Of a DNA stretch of 64,000 bases, positions 1 to 12,760 are shown in pieces; position 1 is the first letter of the stretch, and the number at the start of each line of letters is the position of its first letter. Below the pieces are notes generated by a model, which saw only the letters and a program-made list of their open reading frames with translations, was not told where the DNA came from and made no database searches. The stretch spans positions 23,126,001 to 23,190,000 of the forward strand of contig JBHGNT010000003.1 in assembly GCA_043228905.1 (NCBI GenBank). The letters are read 5' to 3'. This DNA is from Azolla caroliniana. Taxonomy: Eukaryota > Plantae > Polypodiophyta. The translations under genes were made by a program, and so were the position numbers.

Positions 1-124
1 CTCTCTCTTTCAATCTAGCTTAAGTACTTTCTCGCTAAAGCTTGCGCCAACTTCAAGTCCTTCTGGTCTAGAACCCCGGCGGTTCCGCCTCACGATCCGC
101 CCGTAGTGACGGATCTTCACGACA
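1..124 (-). mobile_element. Start of a Ty3/gypsy-type LTR (runs off the left edge), inserted in a copia RNase H remnant
   Basis: Reverse complement begins TGTCGTGAAGATCC...GCGGATCGTGAGGCGGAACCGCCGGGGTTCT, homologous to 5731-5795; same TGTCGTGAAG terminus as the LTRs at 56903 and 63881. Confidence 0.7.
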
Positions 125-638
125 GCGTCATCATTTTATAAGAGACTTGGTCGAAGCAAAAGAAATGTCACTCCAATACACTTCAACTACAACCATGTGG
201 GTTGATTTCCTCACTAAACCCGTACCCCAACACAAGCACTGGATATGTTGTTCGAAGATAGGACTCAAATTAGAGAAACCAAATAAATAGGTTGCTTACA
301 TTAAGGGGGGGTGTTAGAATATTAAAATATTAATATTAAAAATAAGACGTTACTAGAAATAGGAAATATATCATAAATAAAGAAAATAAAACCAACTAAT
401 GTAACCACCTATTACGTGACTTTTGTTCACACAACCATTGGTTAGAAAGTTACCTTCATGTGAGATGTAATCACAATGAACATTCCCATTACAAGCTTCC
501 CTATGATCTCTATTGCCTATAAAATGTAACATCTACCATGAACACATGTAATTCTTCTTTCTTCATAATATATTAAGTCATATGTATCCACTTGTTATTC
601 TTTGTTAGATAGTGATTTAAATTCCTACAGAGCTTACA
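125..638 (+). mobile_element. 3' end of a Ty1/copia element: RNase H tail, PPT and 3' LTR (312 to about 638)
   Basis: Translates as HFIRDLVEAKEMSLQYTSTTTMWVDFLTKP; PPT AAGGGGGGG at 303-311, then TGTTAG...TTACA (right end approximate). Confidence 0.75.
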
Positions 639-1149
639 TGGGAATTAATGGATTTTGAATAATTAGACATATAAAACTATAGAAGAAAGATCACCACAAG
701 TCAGAACGGTAAGTCTGGCGGATATGGTTCAATCCAGCAAAATGAGTTTGTTTCTGGATCGAATAATGAATGATATAAATGAAAACAACGTAAACTAATC
801 AATCGGATTAGCTGTGATTCGCTTTGACACTTCCTTAATCAATCCTGGCATCGATGTGGAGGACTAATGGAATAACTAGAGTATGGCATTAATTTGTTAT
901 AATAAATTGTGACTGATGAGCTATATATAATTAGTGAAGGATCAAAGCCATTAGAATGTGGTTCAAACCCCCCTAGTTTTCGACATCTATACATTTGTTC
1001 AAATTACATTAGGCTTAAAGAAGACCACTTCACGTTTTAAACAAAGTTACCCCAAAGTAGAAAGTAAATAAAAATATTAATTATATGGACCCGGGACCCC
1101 TATAACATTATCGAAACATGCTTTCTTTCCTTTGCACATTTATCGCCAT

Positions 1150-1222
1150 TGTTAGACTTAACCTTTATAACCATGATGCATCTCATGAGGGCAATTTCCA
1201 ATTGATGTCAGGGTTGTCCGCT
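1150..1222 (-). pseudogene. Remnant of a BLE2-like ARM gene paralogue (downstream piece)
   Basis: TCATGAGGGCAATTTCCA...GTCCGCT matches TCATGAGGGCGATTGCCA...GTCCGCT at about 23617-23652 of the intact gene. Confidence 0.65.
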
Positions 1223-4200
1223 TGTGAGAAATTAAAGGGAGAGAAAAGAAAGAGAGAGAGAGAGGGGGGGGGGGAGCACAAAATTGTGTAGTATTGTTTT
1301 GTTTCTTATCGGTTACACCACGTTGAGGTACATTTATTTCCCCCCAACAATAAACTCTAATAATATGTCAACGTAAAATGTTTGTATATTATAATTATTC
1401 TAACACCCCCCCTTCTTGTAAAACATTTTAGTTCTTGGCCTTTGTAGGTAGAGGCCAATTTTATTGCTATAGTTCCAATGCTTTTGATATGACATCGGCT
1501 TAGTTAAAAAATCCGCCCACATTGTTGTTGTTGAGGTGTATAATATAGTAGCATTTCTTTAGATTCCACCAATTCTCTAATAAAGTGATGTCTTGCTCGG
1601 ATTTGCTTGTTTTGATAAGTGATCTTAGGATTTGTTGATAACTTAATACATGATTGCTTGTCACAAAATATCTTCATTTCCATAACTTTAAAGATATCAA
1701 GTTCTTCAATTATGGTATTGATCTACAATCCTTCTTTCGCCATTAGAGCAGCTGCTACATACAATTTCAATGGTTGAAAGTGCTACAGATACTTGTTGTT
1801 GCTTTTCCAAGAGATTGCGGCACCAGCAAATATAAAAACCATGCATAATGTCGAGCAGGAGATAACAGGATCCCCCCCCCCCCCCCCCCCCAATCCGAAT
1901 CCATCCAACCAACTAGAGAAGTATTGATCCATCCAGTAGGTTGTGATGAATTCTTGGGTTGGAAACTTCGATATGTAAGACCCATATCCTTGGTATATTT
2001 GAGATATCGTAGAACACGTTTAAGAGCTTGCCAATGTGCAAGTCTAGGATTTTGCATAAACCTAGAAAGAAAACCTACACAATAAGAAAGATGGGGAGGA
2101 GTGCAACTTACGAGATACCTTACACTACCTAAGATTTGGCGATAAGGGAGTGACTTCATAATTTGTTCTTCTTAAATTGACATCGGGCTTTCATTTGTTG
2201 TAAGTTTGCAATGAACCGCCATAGGAGTCGAGATTGGCTTACAATCAACCATCTCGAACTTTTGAAGAACATCGTCCACTAATTTTTGTTGTGTTAAGGT
2301 TAGAGTTCCTTCTATGCGATTTCGGGTGACCTTGATTCCAAGACAATATTCGAGAGGTTCAAGATCTTTCACTGAGAACTTCTCCTTTAATTGATTTATT
2401 GTCTTCCTCATTGAAGCTATTGAATTAGAAGCAATCGGTAAATCATCCACATAAACAACAATAATTACATAGATAGCGCCATCCTTGCGAATATAGATAT
2501 TTGGTTCGGCTTGAAGACTATTGAAGCCGATGGAAACAAGATAAGTATGTAATTTGAAATGTCACATCCCCGGAGATTGTTTTAGACCATACAATGATTT
2601 GTAGAGCTTACAAACATAGTTCAGAAATTGAGGATCTAAAAAATGACTTGGTTCCTCCTTGAGATCTCCATGTAGAAAAGCGGTCTCAATATCAAGATGA
2701 TGGAGTTCTAGGTTAAGGCTAGCAGAAATCGAGAATATTAACCGAAGAGGCACCATCTTTAAGGTAGGTGCAAAAGTATCTTTAAAACTATGTTAGGGAT
2801 TTGTGAAAATCCTCTAGCAACAACACGTGCCTTAAATCGAACCACAATGCCATGAGCGTTCATTTTCTTGGTAAGGACCCATTTGCATGAAATCACATTT
2901 TGATCTTTGGGGCATGGAACTAAGGTCGAAGTCTTATTCCGAATTAAAGCATCCATTTTGGCTTGCATTGCAACCTCCCATTGTGTAGCATCAGGACCAT
3001 GAAGGGCCTTCTTTGGTGTTAAGTCAATAACTTTATCATGATCATCCATAAAATCATCATCCATATCATTATTGTCGACATCAATCAATAGCATTTCAAG
3101 TGGTTCAGTGATCTCCATAAGTTCATTAATATTCTTAAATTTTCTTTTGCTTTTAGGTTTTCTTGATTTTAATTTTTGAAAATACTCTTCATCCTTAAGA
3201 TTTGAGTTTGATGAAACATGAAGAAATGAGTTCTTGGAGAAATTTTTATGTCAGACTTACTTATTAGTTCCTCTAGGGTCATTGAAATTATCACCAGCTT
3301 TAGGGGAAATATCAAGAGAGGATGAAGAAAACAAACATGAGTTGGAGTAAATGGACTTTCTTCATTCATTTGATGAAGTTTGTCCATTGGTAAATTTGAT
3401 TGTTGTTGTTGTTGTGCACCATCTTCATCTTTACTTGGGCTTTGGATTGTAGTGGCAGACACTTGATTTTAATGGGATTTGATGATGATAATGTGTTACT
3501 TCACTTTGAATTGTTGCTTCCTCATCAAGCTTTTGAATTTGTTCTCTAGTAATAGGGCCTTTCTACTCTTTTCTATGCGAGATATTCAAAGGCATTAGTA
3601 AATTTTTATTAATATTTTGATGTGAATGTTCTACCTTCGATGGGAGATTTGATAAGAGAACCTCCTCATCGAACGTAAGCGATCGGCTAAATAAAAATTT
3701 CATTGTCTTGAGATCAAATAATTTGTAGGCTTTGACTACGGCCGATTCTCCATAACCAATGAAATTCCTTTTCTAGCATGTGGATCTAACTTTCTCCTTT
3801 TCTCTTGTGGAATATGACCGTATTCCATGGCACCAAATACATGAAGGTGCGAAAGATTTGGTTTGTGGCCAAACCACATTGCATATGAAGTATTCAAACC
3901 AAGAGCTTTGTGAGGTGATCGATTTTGAAGGTGGCAAGCCATTGCCATCGCCCCTTGCCAAAATTGATTGTGAAGGCCCACAACTTGTAGCATACTTTGA
4001 CTGGCATCCAAGAGTGTTTGATTCTTACGTTTGGCGACTCCATTTTGTTGTGGATTATAAGGAATGTTATATTCATGCCTAATGTCATGCTCTTGACAAA
4101 ACTTTATCCATACATGTGAGAAATATTCTCCACCATTGTCCATTCTTATTGTGTTTATTTTACTTTCACATTGATTGCCACATAAGCTTTATAAGTTGTG

Positions 4201-5727
4201 AAAGCATTAAAAGCGTCGGATTTTGCGTCAGTAAATGAAATAAAGTACTTGAGTGAACTAATTGTAGCCTTCTTTTGGTTTGACTAACACTATGTAGGAA
4301 TTTTTGACAACTTTGTTTTCCGAAAATACAACCTTCACATAATGGTAAGTGCCTAAAAGGTGTTGTCGGCATTCCTTCACTTAATTTGTGTCTTTGAATG
4401 GCTTTCATCGACTTTGGATTCAGTTATCCAAGACGATAATGCCAAAGTAGGGTGGTATTCGTGATGATGTTGCCTAATGTTGTGTGTGCTTCAATTTGTG
4501 TTTCCTCCATCATTTGAAGAGGATAAAGGCAGCCAAGTTTTGGGCATGATGTTATTAACATTTCACCACTTGGTATTTTTTGTTTAATAATAGCACAATT
4601 TGAATGAAATTCAATAATAGTTCCATTTGTTGTTGCTTCACTAACCGATAATAAATTCGTTGTGATACCTGGAACATAGTGAACATTTGGAATACCCATT
4701 CTCCTTGTTTGATTAATGGAAAGGTTAACTTCTCCTTTTCCAATGGCGGCTTTTGTACCATTGTCTCCAAATCAAAACCATTGTGTCCATGATTCTGGCA
4801 GGGAACCCATTAGTATTTCAAATTTTGATGTTTCATCAATAATGTTACCCGCTGAGATTGCAACATCTAGTTGTCTTTGCCAATTGCTTATGAATGTGTC
4901 TATCGGTTCTTCTTCACGCATCTACATGTTCATTAGGGTTTAGTAGGAGAAGATTTTGGTCGTACTGTCAGAGGGTTGGTGTAATTGTTGAAGATGATCC
5001 CACATTTCTCGTGCGGATCCAAGGCTTCGAACATGGTCAACTTGTCGATAAATTAGATGCATAATTATCTCCATTCTTGCATCTAGATCTCTACTTTTCC
5101 AATTGCTTAATTCAAGTTTTGTTGACGGACTGACTTCAAAACCATTTACGATTCCTATAAGGTTTGTTCTTTCGAGAATTAACTCCATTCTCATTCTCCA
5201 CATTCTATAATTGTGATCGGTGAGTTTCTCCACCAAATACTTTTTTGCCATTTCATTTGATGATGCACCATTGATTGGTTTCCGTATCAGTGGTCGACGA
5301 CATCTTGTATAGAATGTCCAGATCAATCTAATGTGATGTATGCCGCTTATTTATTCACAGATTACTTATCTAATGTGATGTATGCCGCTTATTTATTCAC
5401 AGATTACTTATCTAATGTGATGTATGCCGCTTATTTATTCACAGATTACTTATCTAATGTGATGAATGTCGCTATGGTACCATGTGAGAAATTAAAGAGG
5501 GAGAAAAGAAACAGAGAAGAGAGAAGAGAGAGCGCAAAATTGTAGTATTGTATTGTATATAAAAGTAAATATCGTTTTGTTTCTTATGGTTTACATGAGA
5601 GGTTACAACTTACACCACGTTGAGGTATGAGAGGTAACAATAAAGGGGGTACATTTATTTTCCCCCTAACAATAAAGTCTAATCATAGGTAAACTAAAAA
5701 TGTTTGTATATTATTATTATTGTAACA
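1223..5727 (-). mobile_element. Degenerate full-length Ty1/copia LTR retrotransposon
   Basis: LTRs 1223-1405 and 5483-5727 (TGTGAG...AACA); Met-type PBS TGGTACCATAGC at 5482-5471; PPT at about 1406-1417; frameshifted gag (4940-5270), PR, integrase (DNGGEY, PQQNG), RT (CKWV, KARVVARGF, YGLKQ, YVDD) and RNase H. Confidence 0.95.
5326..5464. repeat. 42-bp tandem repeat, about 3.3 copies, in the copia 5' UTR
   Basis: Unit ATCTAATGTGATGTATGCCGCTTATTTATTCACAGATTACTT repeated exactly. Confidence 0.95.
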
Positions 5728-5730
5728 CAT

Positions 5731-6628
5731 TATCGTGAAAATCCACCAGTAAGTGCGGATCGTGAGGCGGAACTGCCGGGGTTCTGGACCGGAAGAATTT
5801 AGGGCTTAACGCTTAATGCACTTTAAGTTTAAAGACGAGAGATTTCCCTCTAATAAGAGTAAATTCGTAGTATAAGAGATCGAATAATAGTTAATTACAT
5901 TTATGCATAAGCAAATCTTCGAGTAGGAGATTATGCGAGATTGAATAATACTTAATTATTCTTATGAGTAAGAAGGCTTACAGTAAGCAAGCATGAATAA
6001 CACTTAATTTTACTTATACATAAGAAAAGTTTAAAGAAAGAGATCATGAGAGAGGAAACATGCAAAGCTTTTTATTACTAAATCATCACTATAATCGATA
6101 TATTTAGTTACATGATTTTTTTTCTTTGCCCTTTTAGGGTATAAGAGTATGAGAGAGGAAACATAAATCTTTTCTTCTTCAAATCCCCTCCCCCTTCTTC
6201 TTCAAATAAGCTCTTATTTATAGGTTTAGGATTGCTTGCTTCCTTTCTTTCTTTCTTTTTCCCAAAAGTTTCTCTATATGAGTCAAGTTTTCTTTTTATC
6301 ACTATTTTTGTTTCGTAACGTCAAATCTAACATGCAAGCTAGTCTTAGAAAGCTATTTCTGTTAGCTTTCTTATGCATATTTCCTTTCCTAATTTGGACA
6401 TTGGACAAGGAAATTACGAGATTTTTACTCGACCTTGCTCCTCATATCCACGGCTAGCTTTTCTTTTCCTATCTTTTTCTCTATTTTTGTCTAGTTTCGA
6501 AAACCTCTTCTAACTTTTTATACTTTCATTTATTATTATAGTTGATTTAACAACATCAGTTTATTTTGACTACTCTTTTATTCTCTTTTGAGGGTGGTTT
6601 CGCACTATGTGTCAAAAACATCATGACA
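5731..6628 (+). mobile_element. Solo gypsy-type LTR inserted at the right junction of the copia element
   Basis: Termini TATCGTGA...TCATGACA (decayed TGTCGTGA/TCACGACA); start homologous to 1-124; removing it brings ACGCT (left flank CCGCT) back next to the copia LTR and restores the BLE2-like remnant. Confidence 0.65.
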
Positions 6629-6750
6629 ACGCTTCATGTATGGAAACATCCACCAACTATACCATCTCCTTTAGTCTGTTCACCATGTCCTTTTCCTATC
6701 TCCTCTATATCACCCGCCACCAAGGTAAGAATTTGATGGGTGTCATGTCT
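6629..6750 (-). pseudogene. Remnant of a BLE2-like ARM gene paralogue (upstream piece)
   Basis: CGCTTCATGTATGGAAACATCC and CCAACTATACCATCTCCTTTAGTCTGTTCACCATGTCC closely match about 23649-23732; encodes DMVNRLKEMV. Confidence 0.8.
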
Positions 6751-7212
6751 GTCAAAGACCATTTTACCCGTAAAAAACATACACATGGTAGAAATGCCCG
6801 TCAAGTGACATATAAAGTTTAAATTTCCATTTTTCATGTGAAAGGCCCCTACAAATTATGTATGTGAAATGACATGCTAAAATTCTATTTTCCATGTCAT
6901 ATATATTCTATATACATACATATGTCACTTATTATAGATACTATGAGTGTATATAATAATATACTTATACTATATGTGTTTTTCTCCAAAAAATTATATG
7001 TTTTTTATAACACACTTAAAATAATATCATCATCATGTAATAATGATATAAATACATATATTCTCAAATATTAATTCTTTACTAATAATATTAGTTGAAA
7101 ATTGATTGAAATTTTAAACAATAACCTTTATTAAATACTTTAAGAGCGTAAACTTTAGGTTTGATTTTAATGTTATAAGTTTTAAGTTAAAACTAAATAT
7201 TTTACTTACTTA

Positions 7213-7670
7213 CTTTTTTATTTTTTATTTTTTTTCCAAAAAAAACTCCTTCCATTACTTATAAAATTTTACAAATGAGACGATTATGTACAAATCCTTG
7301 TAGGGACGTGATAGTTCCATCTTATGTGGATGCCCACTAACTCAAAAAAAGGAGAGGACAACCGTTGTTGGATAAAGGCTATTCGTTGTCGTTTAACTCC
7401 ATCGAAGCCGCCCTTGAGGCCACCATATTGGCTGTTTAGAGTGGCTGCAATTTCACTCCATATCTCTTGCAGTAACCTTGTTCGATGCGCGGTTTGGTTG
7501 GAGAAGACTCGTCTACACCGTTGTTTCCATTGAATCCAAAGAGTTATTGGGCTGACCAATTCGAACAGAACTTGAGATTTGTCGTTAAGAGGAGTTGAGT
7601 GGACATTGTCGTTGGAGCAGAAAAAAACCTCTTGTGCTTTTATCACCAAAGTCATCCCCTCCAAAAAATA
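7213..7670 (-). mobile_element. 5'-truncated LINE (L1-like ORF2 C-terminus plus A-rich tail)
   Basis: FELVSPITLWIQWKQRCRRVF resembles the LWxxWKxRNxxVF motif of plant L1 ORF2 ends; A-rich tail (T-rich on + strand at about 7213-7235). Confidence 0.65.
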
Positions 7671-7822
7671 ACATTTTCTCATACTTATTAGTAAAAACAT
7701 TAACACAATATTTATTTTATGTATTTCATTATCTTTGTGAAGTAGTTATGTTTATTTGTGCATCTTTGTGTACTTTGTATAGTAATGAAATGTATAACTA
7801 TAAAAGATGGTATAGAGCTTTT

Positions 7823-8024
7823 CTTTCTTTTCTTTTCTTTTTTTTCCCAAAAAAAACTGTACTTCCATTAGTTAAGAAAAAACACATAGGATAATATACA
7901 CCTCATATGTTACAAACCACTTTGCAATGGTTACAAGAAAACATCATGTATAAATGAAACAACAAAGCCTCGTCACAGAATTAATCGACAAACTCCCCTC
8001 AACATGAGCCTCACACAACCCACA
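7823..8024 (-). mobile_element. Short non-LTR retroposon (truncated LINE 3' UTR or SINE) with 12-bp TSD
   Basis: TSD TATAGAGCTTTT at 7811-7822 and 8025-8036; A-rich tail; pre-tail motif TAATGGAAG..AGTTTTTTTTGG shared with the adjacent LINE fragment. Confidence 0.75.
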
Positions 8025-9007
8025 TATAGAGCTTTTTATTATTAAAATTTATATGTCCAAATGACATGTTAGTTTTTGCACTCTCATGTCATATGACGTA
8101 TATCTTTAAAAAATGCCCGTCAAAAAACTTTAATACTAACCCCTCAAATTCAAGCCATGCCCGCCACCTCCCAAAGAAGCCAAGTTTATTTCCTCTAGAT
8201 CAAGGTCTTCTAGGGCTTGGTATTAGTTGAATTACAACTATTACAACTATAATTACAAGATTTGTAATGTGGTTGTATTACACAATTAATAAAGTGCAGA
8301 ATGTTAAACATTGTGCATGATTAGAATTCCCACCACTCTTGCCATTCTATATGCATGTCCAGAAACTCTCAATCTTTAGTATTATCTATTGTGTCTATGA
8401 CCATGATATTGGTTTCGGTGTTTGGGTTTTTGGCATATGTCCAAAACCTCAATTGCCGATTTTCACCCGCAAAGTCAGTCAGAATTGGAGCATGTTATCG
8501 AATGTCGGATTCTAAGGGAACTTGTCATGAGTATAAGTAGAAACTGTTACCCAAGAACTTGGTATATGGCAACTTGGTACATACATGAGCCTCTCATTCT
8601 TCCTTTCCCATTCACATTCTCATAGCCTGCCTCCTTGACTTAAAGCTGCTTTCAATCTTCCTCCAATGTTTTATATATTTAAATCCCTCTTATCTTCTTA
8701 TTCATGTCTCATAATTGACTTTTTTCGTTTTAATTATTCTCTATTTTTTATTTTATGTTTTAGTTCAATTTCTTCACTGCGAGCGACACTGTCGCTTGTT
8801 GTGGATGATTTTTATTATGAAATAAATGCTGATTTAATTGTGTTACAACATGAGTTTTTGCATTTGGGGAAATCAAGTGAACAAGTTATTTCACACGCAG
8901 AATAAGAAATAATAATTATGATCAAGAGAGCATCACAACGATATCGGAGATTCCTTATAATTTTTCATTTCATGGCTTTAGACCTAGATGCTGCTCTTTC
9001 TTTCAAA

Positions 9008-10543
9008 TCATTTCTTTCGAATAATGGCAATCAAGAGGTCGCAAACGAGGTTTTTAAGGCCACGGGGATTCTCGGTAGCTATTTCTTGCAATCGATCGAA
9101 GAGTTGAACTGCTCGACTCTTGCCAATGTGAGCATCCACGAGAGGCTGAGTGAGGCTTCGAAGAAAAGAACTCCAAAACTCTCCGAAAAAAGGAGGATGC
9201 GAGAGCAGACCATCGATTTTCGGTGAAGGGATATGATCACATTTCTCGAGTACATGAAGATCCAACAGCTCTAGCTCCGCCACACTTTCTACGGCCTCTT
9301 CAAATTCCCTTCGAGAGAAATTGTAGTATGGCACGTTGAACGTATCCCTCTCCGAAGTCTCGACAATACCCTATATATCAAATGTTGTAGATCAATAAAA
9401 ACATTCATTATAATCAGCACTAAGTGCATGCTTAGGATTGAAACACAGTAATCATGCTTGAGTTTACAATTCTAATCAAATCATAATCATGAAACCCTGA
9501 GTCCAACCTTCAATTTCTTAGCTTGGGCTTCAAATTATTCGGAAGGCTTTGATGAGGATGATAACAAAGACATACCTGTTCAACAAGTTCATTCCATGCT
9601 TGTTCGAAATAGCCACCGTATATGTCGCATCGTGATACATGGTTCGATGGGTTCATTTCTTGTGCGTGACATGTCGAGAATATAAACATCATCCCATTGC
9701 TTCTCATCTCCTCAGCTCTATTTCTCAGGAATTTCCTGGCATCCTCTTGGAATTGCTTTGCATATGCCTCTGAGACTGCTGCTGCTGCAGCCCCATTACC
9801 TGTTGGAATCCATATATGCCCCCCATTCCAAGTCGGAGCATTTTTGTCGAGAAGCACTGCTGGAACCTAATAATGCAACATTTTCTTCTGGTTATCGGAT
9901 ATGCTACAAGTTTTACTAGATTTCTAACAGGAAATCCATTATGTAGCTCTACATATTTCAGAATTTTAATGTATCAAACCTGCGAAAGCCAGTGTAGCGC
10001 ATAGGTTGTAATCGCAAAATCCACACTCCCTTCCGGTAAAACATGATCGTAGAAGGATCCAGGAACCCCAGCACAGAAGAACTTCAATGACCCTTCAAAA
10101 ACTGTTGCAAAGTCAAGATTATGTAGCATGCAGAATAAGTTGTTGAAATCATCTGATGGAAGATCAACAAAATAATATTGGAGCTCCTTGATGAATTCTG
10201 GTTTACTTTGAGCCGTTTCTTCTTTGAATTCGTTGTCTTCCTCATGCAATTCCAAGAGTTTAGTAACGATAAATTGTGCATATTCTACTGTATTCCTCCC
10301 ATAGCCACATCCGTAGTCTGCGATTCGAATAAATCTTGGACTCATGATTTGTATTACATGATCTTCATTTTGCTTATCCTTATCCCTAATGCCAATAGCA
10401 TTGTTTTCCTTGTATAGCTGGATGGCTTCAACCAGATGAGCCTTCGCATATGCATGAAACCCAAAATTCTGTGGGCCTGAGTTTCGGGCATAACTCCCAG
10501 CTCCATCTCCACCTTGCATACATGTGAGCTTCACCATCTCCAT
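9008..10543 (-). CDS. SABATH-family SAM-dependent carboxyl methyltransferase, copy 1; exons 10543-9980, 9866-9576, 9370-9008; 405 aa
   Basis: Motifs MQGGDGAGSYARNS, IADYGCGYGRNT, DLPSDDFNNLF, GVPGSFY, ALHWLSQVP, AYAKQFQED, DTFNVPYY; two phase-0 GT-AG introns give a continuous ORF. Confidence 0.95.
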
Positions 10544-12139
10544 TGTATCTTGCTTTATTGCAAGATGCTATAGCAAAATAATCTTACACCTGCAAGTTCA
10601 GTTGTTGGAAGGTTTGTCTTATAACTCTCACTGACTTTAGGCATTATGACTAAAGCAGCAGAGCCATGGATTCTTTAAAATATGACATAATTAATACTTC
10701 GTTTTTCAGTTCTGCTATTATTTTTCAGCTCAATACCGCTTCAACATACAATGTGTTCACAAATCTACGCAAGAACCCTGAGACATTCCTAAACGCAACA
10801 AATCTAACTTCGTGTCTTATTACACGCAGAGTTTCATTGGAGTATACACTTCTATCCAAAGGTTTTTATTTTTGATAATGAAGGATAGTAATACTTTTTC
10901 AAGACATCGGAAATTATGTACTCCTATAATTTGCAAAGAAATTACAACACTTGTGTATGTTTGATCAACTGAAATGATTTCGTTTACATTATTAGATCTG
11001 AGATTAGAAGCTCTACTTCAAGAATTTTCAAAGTAAAATAATATCAAAATGCAACGTTGAGATTTACAAGCTCTAAAATGCTGTAAACGTTAATAGGACA
11101 AAAGTATATACAATTTGCAACATTTTTAGCTTGGCTTTGTACAAATATCTACACGCTCAAAAGATTTTTCTTCCCACTAACCATGATATGAGTTTTAAGG
11201 ATACAAAATCAAAATCCCCATTTGCGAGATTATAAAAGACTTATTTCTCTATAATTCTGCACTAACAAGAAATTACGGCCCAAAAATTACAAGAATAAGG
11301 ATACAAAAACCACAATATATTTATATTGTGATACTAATACCTACATTGCAACATTATACACACATGCATGTAGATTTCTATCTCAAAAGTCTTGGCATTT
11401 GCAAGAAGAAGAAGGAATATGAAGATTAGTTACCTCGTTAAAGATCAAATATCAGACAAAAAGGAATAATGCTGGAGCTTACATGTATTTGAGACATGTA
11501 GATAGGGTTATATATAGTAGGCTATGGTCTTGTCTTGTAGCAATAATAGGTCACTGATTGTTTGAAGCGTTTTTTCACTTTAGTGTGATCAAGGAAAAAA
11601 ATCCAAGTTTTCAATGTGAATGAATGGTCTACAATCCTAAAAGGAGAAAGATATAAAGAAGAAGAGAACGAGTTGACATGCTAGAAGTAGGAAGTACTTT
11701 TTAGGCCACGTTTGGCCACGTTCTATATGATGATCCGAAACTATACATATCAAACAAACTATCACTTCTTGTTACAGTAGGAAAATGTCCTTTCGGCCCC
11801 TACAAGACACATACAAAAAGAGTTACATAAAAAGATCATATTATAAAATCAATTTATAATACATTCTTTTCACCTCTTTGTCATCGCATAATGATTGGTA
11901 ATTTATATATGTGTTGATGATACTATGTCCTTCTTTTGATGAAGCTAGAAAGAGAGACAATGCATTAAGAAGGTATGTTTGTACTTATGATAATATAACA
12001 TCATCCACAAAATTGGGAAACCATACTTCCAACCAAGTATTCATAAAAATTACAAAGGCCTTTGATAGGAGAAATCTAGGAGACTCCCATAACATTGACC
12101 TTATGATTGTCCTCTCGATCTTCAATGAAATGAAGATCC

Positions 12140-12760
12140 ATCAAGACGACCAACTTATAACCTATGAATATAAGAGCTCCATGTTCTTCTAGAATATATC
12201 TATGAAGATTTGGAGAGTGAATTTATAATTCTACAATCTAGATCACTAAACTTGTAGCTGAACAATCTTCTTTGTTAAGAAGAAAGGGATATCTTGTGTT
12301 GATGGATTATTGAGGCTTAAACAAAAGTCACAATTTAAAACAAGTATGCTTTGTGTCTAATCTCAACTCTACTAGATTTTTTTACTGGACCTTGATACTT
12401 CACAATACTAGAACTTTGTGGTGCTTATAATGTTGTTTGGATTTATCCACATGATCAATGGAAGAAGATGTTTTGCATTTACAGTGGAGATTTTAAGTAT
12501 ATATTTGTCAAGGTCATAGTTCAAAAGACCTATGTTTTCCATATAATCCCAACTCTTTTTCGAGTGAATGGAGATAAATAGCTCACAAAGCTATAGACAT
12601 GTTAAGTTCAAAATTGTGTCTTTCTGTGTCATGAATGTGCCTTGCCGGTATTTCAACGTATGGCCAATGATATTTTTTGAAGACTTCTTGAACATATTAA
12701 TTGTCATTTATCTTGGTGAAATGTTGATCTTCTCCAATACCCAAGAGGAGTAGGATGTGC
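12140..12760 (+). mobile_element. Decayed Ty3/gypsy reverse transcriptase relic
   Basis: Fragments FVKKK, DY*GLNK, GAYN, DQWK and IVIYLGEMLIFSNTQEE (consensus VVIYLDDILIFS); second copy at about 44380-45000. Confidence 0.7.

Noticed and set aside
1872-1891. Poly-Gly ORFs from a long C run
   Set aside because: Homopolymer expansion or sequencing slip at the copia DSDWGG motif, not a gene
5326-5464. Possible CRISPR-like array or repeat protein ORF (5333-5545)
   Set aside because: Head-to-tail 42-bp units with no spacers, inside a retrotransposon UTR in eukaryotic DNA
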